DNA of 61,415 nucleotides, filler included, from Planctomycetota bacterium (GTDB lineage Bacteria; Planctomycetota; Planctomycetia; JALXBF01): NCBI GenBank assembly GCA_026991575.1. It is 8 parts of 8 records of this genome, joined end to end, with 100 filler letters (N's around TTAATTAATTAA, not from the genome) between each part and the next. Parts side by side here need not be neighbours in the genome. Positions count along the whole stretch, not along the records: positions 58,198 to 61,415 come from JALXBF010000177.1; 7 more parts are not named here. One strand, 5' to 3'. Shown piece by piece: positions 60,805 to 61,415 of this stretch (position 1 is its first letter; each line of letters starts with the position of its first letter). The notes under the pieces were generated by a model. It saw only the letters and a program-made list of their open reading frames with translations, ran no database searches and was not told where the DNA came from. The position numbers and the translations under genes were made by a program.

Positions 60805-61415
60805 TCAGCGGATCTGCAGGCGGCGTGCCTTCAACTCGTAGCGAGGCAGTGACCCGGGCGGCACGGCCTGCACCTGTGCCCGGAAGTGCAACCGCTCCCT
60901 GATGGCCTCGGCCACGCGCCGCGTCAGCGCCTCCGTCTGTCCGGCCAGGCTCTCCTGCGGTTCGATCTCGACCAGCACCTCTGGCATCGCCCGGCTCCGG
61001 TCGACCGTGATCCGGAACTCCATGACCTCCGGAAACGTACGCACCACACTTTCGAGAGCCGACGGGTACACGTTGTTCCCCCGGATGAAGATCATCTGAT
61101 CTCGTCGGCCCAGGATGCCCTCGTCTAATCCAATGAACGAGGTGCCGCACGGACACTTCTGCAGGGGGGCAAGTCGCACCATGTCACCGGTCCGGTACCG
61201 AATCACGGGGCTGCCGTCGCGCCATAGCGTCGTGATGACGAGTTCCCCTTCTTCGCCAGCCGTCACGGGTTCGCCGCTGGTCGGGTCGACCACCTCGGCA
61301 ATGCAGGCCTCCTCCAACAGGTGCATCCTCCGCGGAACGGCCGGGCATTCGACACCGAGCGCACCGACTTCAGTCATCCCCCAGTGGTCCTTGACCTCCG
61401 CGTCCCAGGCCGTCT
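60805..61415 (-). CDS. Phenylacetate-CoA ligase family protein, C-terminal part (runs off the window)
   Basis: DHWGMTE, GELVITTL...SP.IRYRTGD, GR.D.M..IRG.NVYPS, LPRYE.KARR. Confidence 0.88.
   Translation of the reverse strand, partial: TAWDAEVKDHWGMTEVGALGVECPAVPRRMHLLEEACIAEVVDPTSGEPVTAGEEGELVITTLWRDGSPVIRYRTGDMVRLAPLQKCPCGTSFIGLDEGILGRRDQMIFIRGNNVYPSALESVVRTFPEVMEFRITVDRSRAMPEVLVEIEPQESLAGQTEALTRRVAEAIRERLHFRAQVQAVPPGSLPRYELKARRLQIR

Overview
This window is eight draft-assembly contigs joined by seven artificial 100-nt spacers (44 N + TTAATTAATTAA + 44 N), so adjacency across spacers means nothing. The DNA is GC-rich and bacterial. A DUF1501 start, DUF4403, the GT39 subtype, a Ser/Thr kinase and the EF-G paralogue suggest Planctomycetota (inference). 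Ordinary genes: hemN-coxB-coxA, atpD-atpC, cysE, an EF-G2-type fusA, hisA/hisH, ribD, rlmN, amidohydrolases, a porin and GT-C glycosyltransferases. Contig 1 holds many decayed IS elements (IS630, IS701, several IS66, ISKra4-like). The main signal is three recurring elements that keep appearing together. (i) Four to five near-identical Rpn/YhgA-like (Transposase_31) nuclease genes. The four whose 3' half is present each have an internal RBS+ATG for a small C-terminal protein whose 8-aa repeat number varies (3, ~4.5, 6, 7). (ii) An interspersed two-hairpin repeat with about nine full or partial copies, one lying within ~350 nt of three Rpn 3' ends. (iii) Group II intron 5' and 3' end remnants whose junctions, taken from different copies, reconstruct insertion at one precise position at the base of that repeat's first hairpin (GCCG|CAAGG). 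All calls are by eye; no searches were run.
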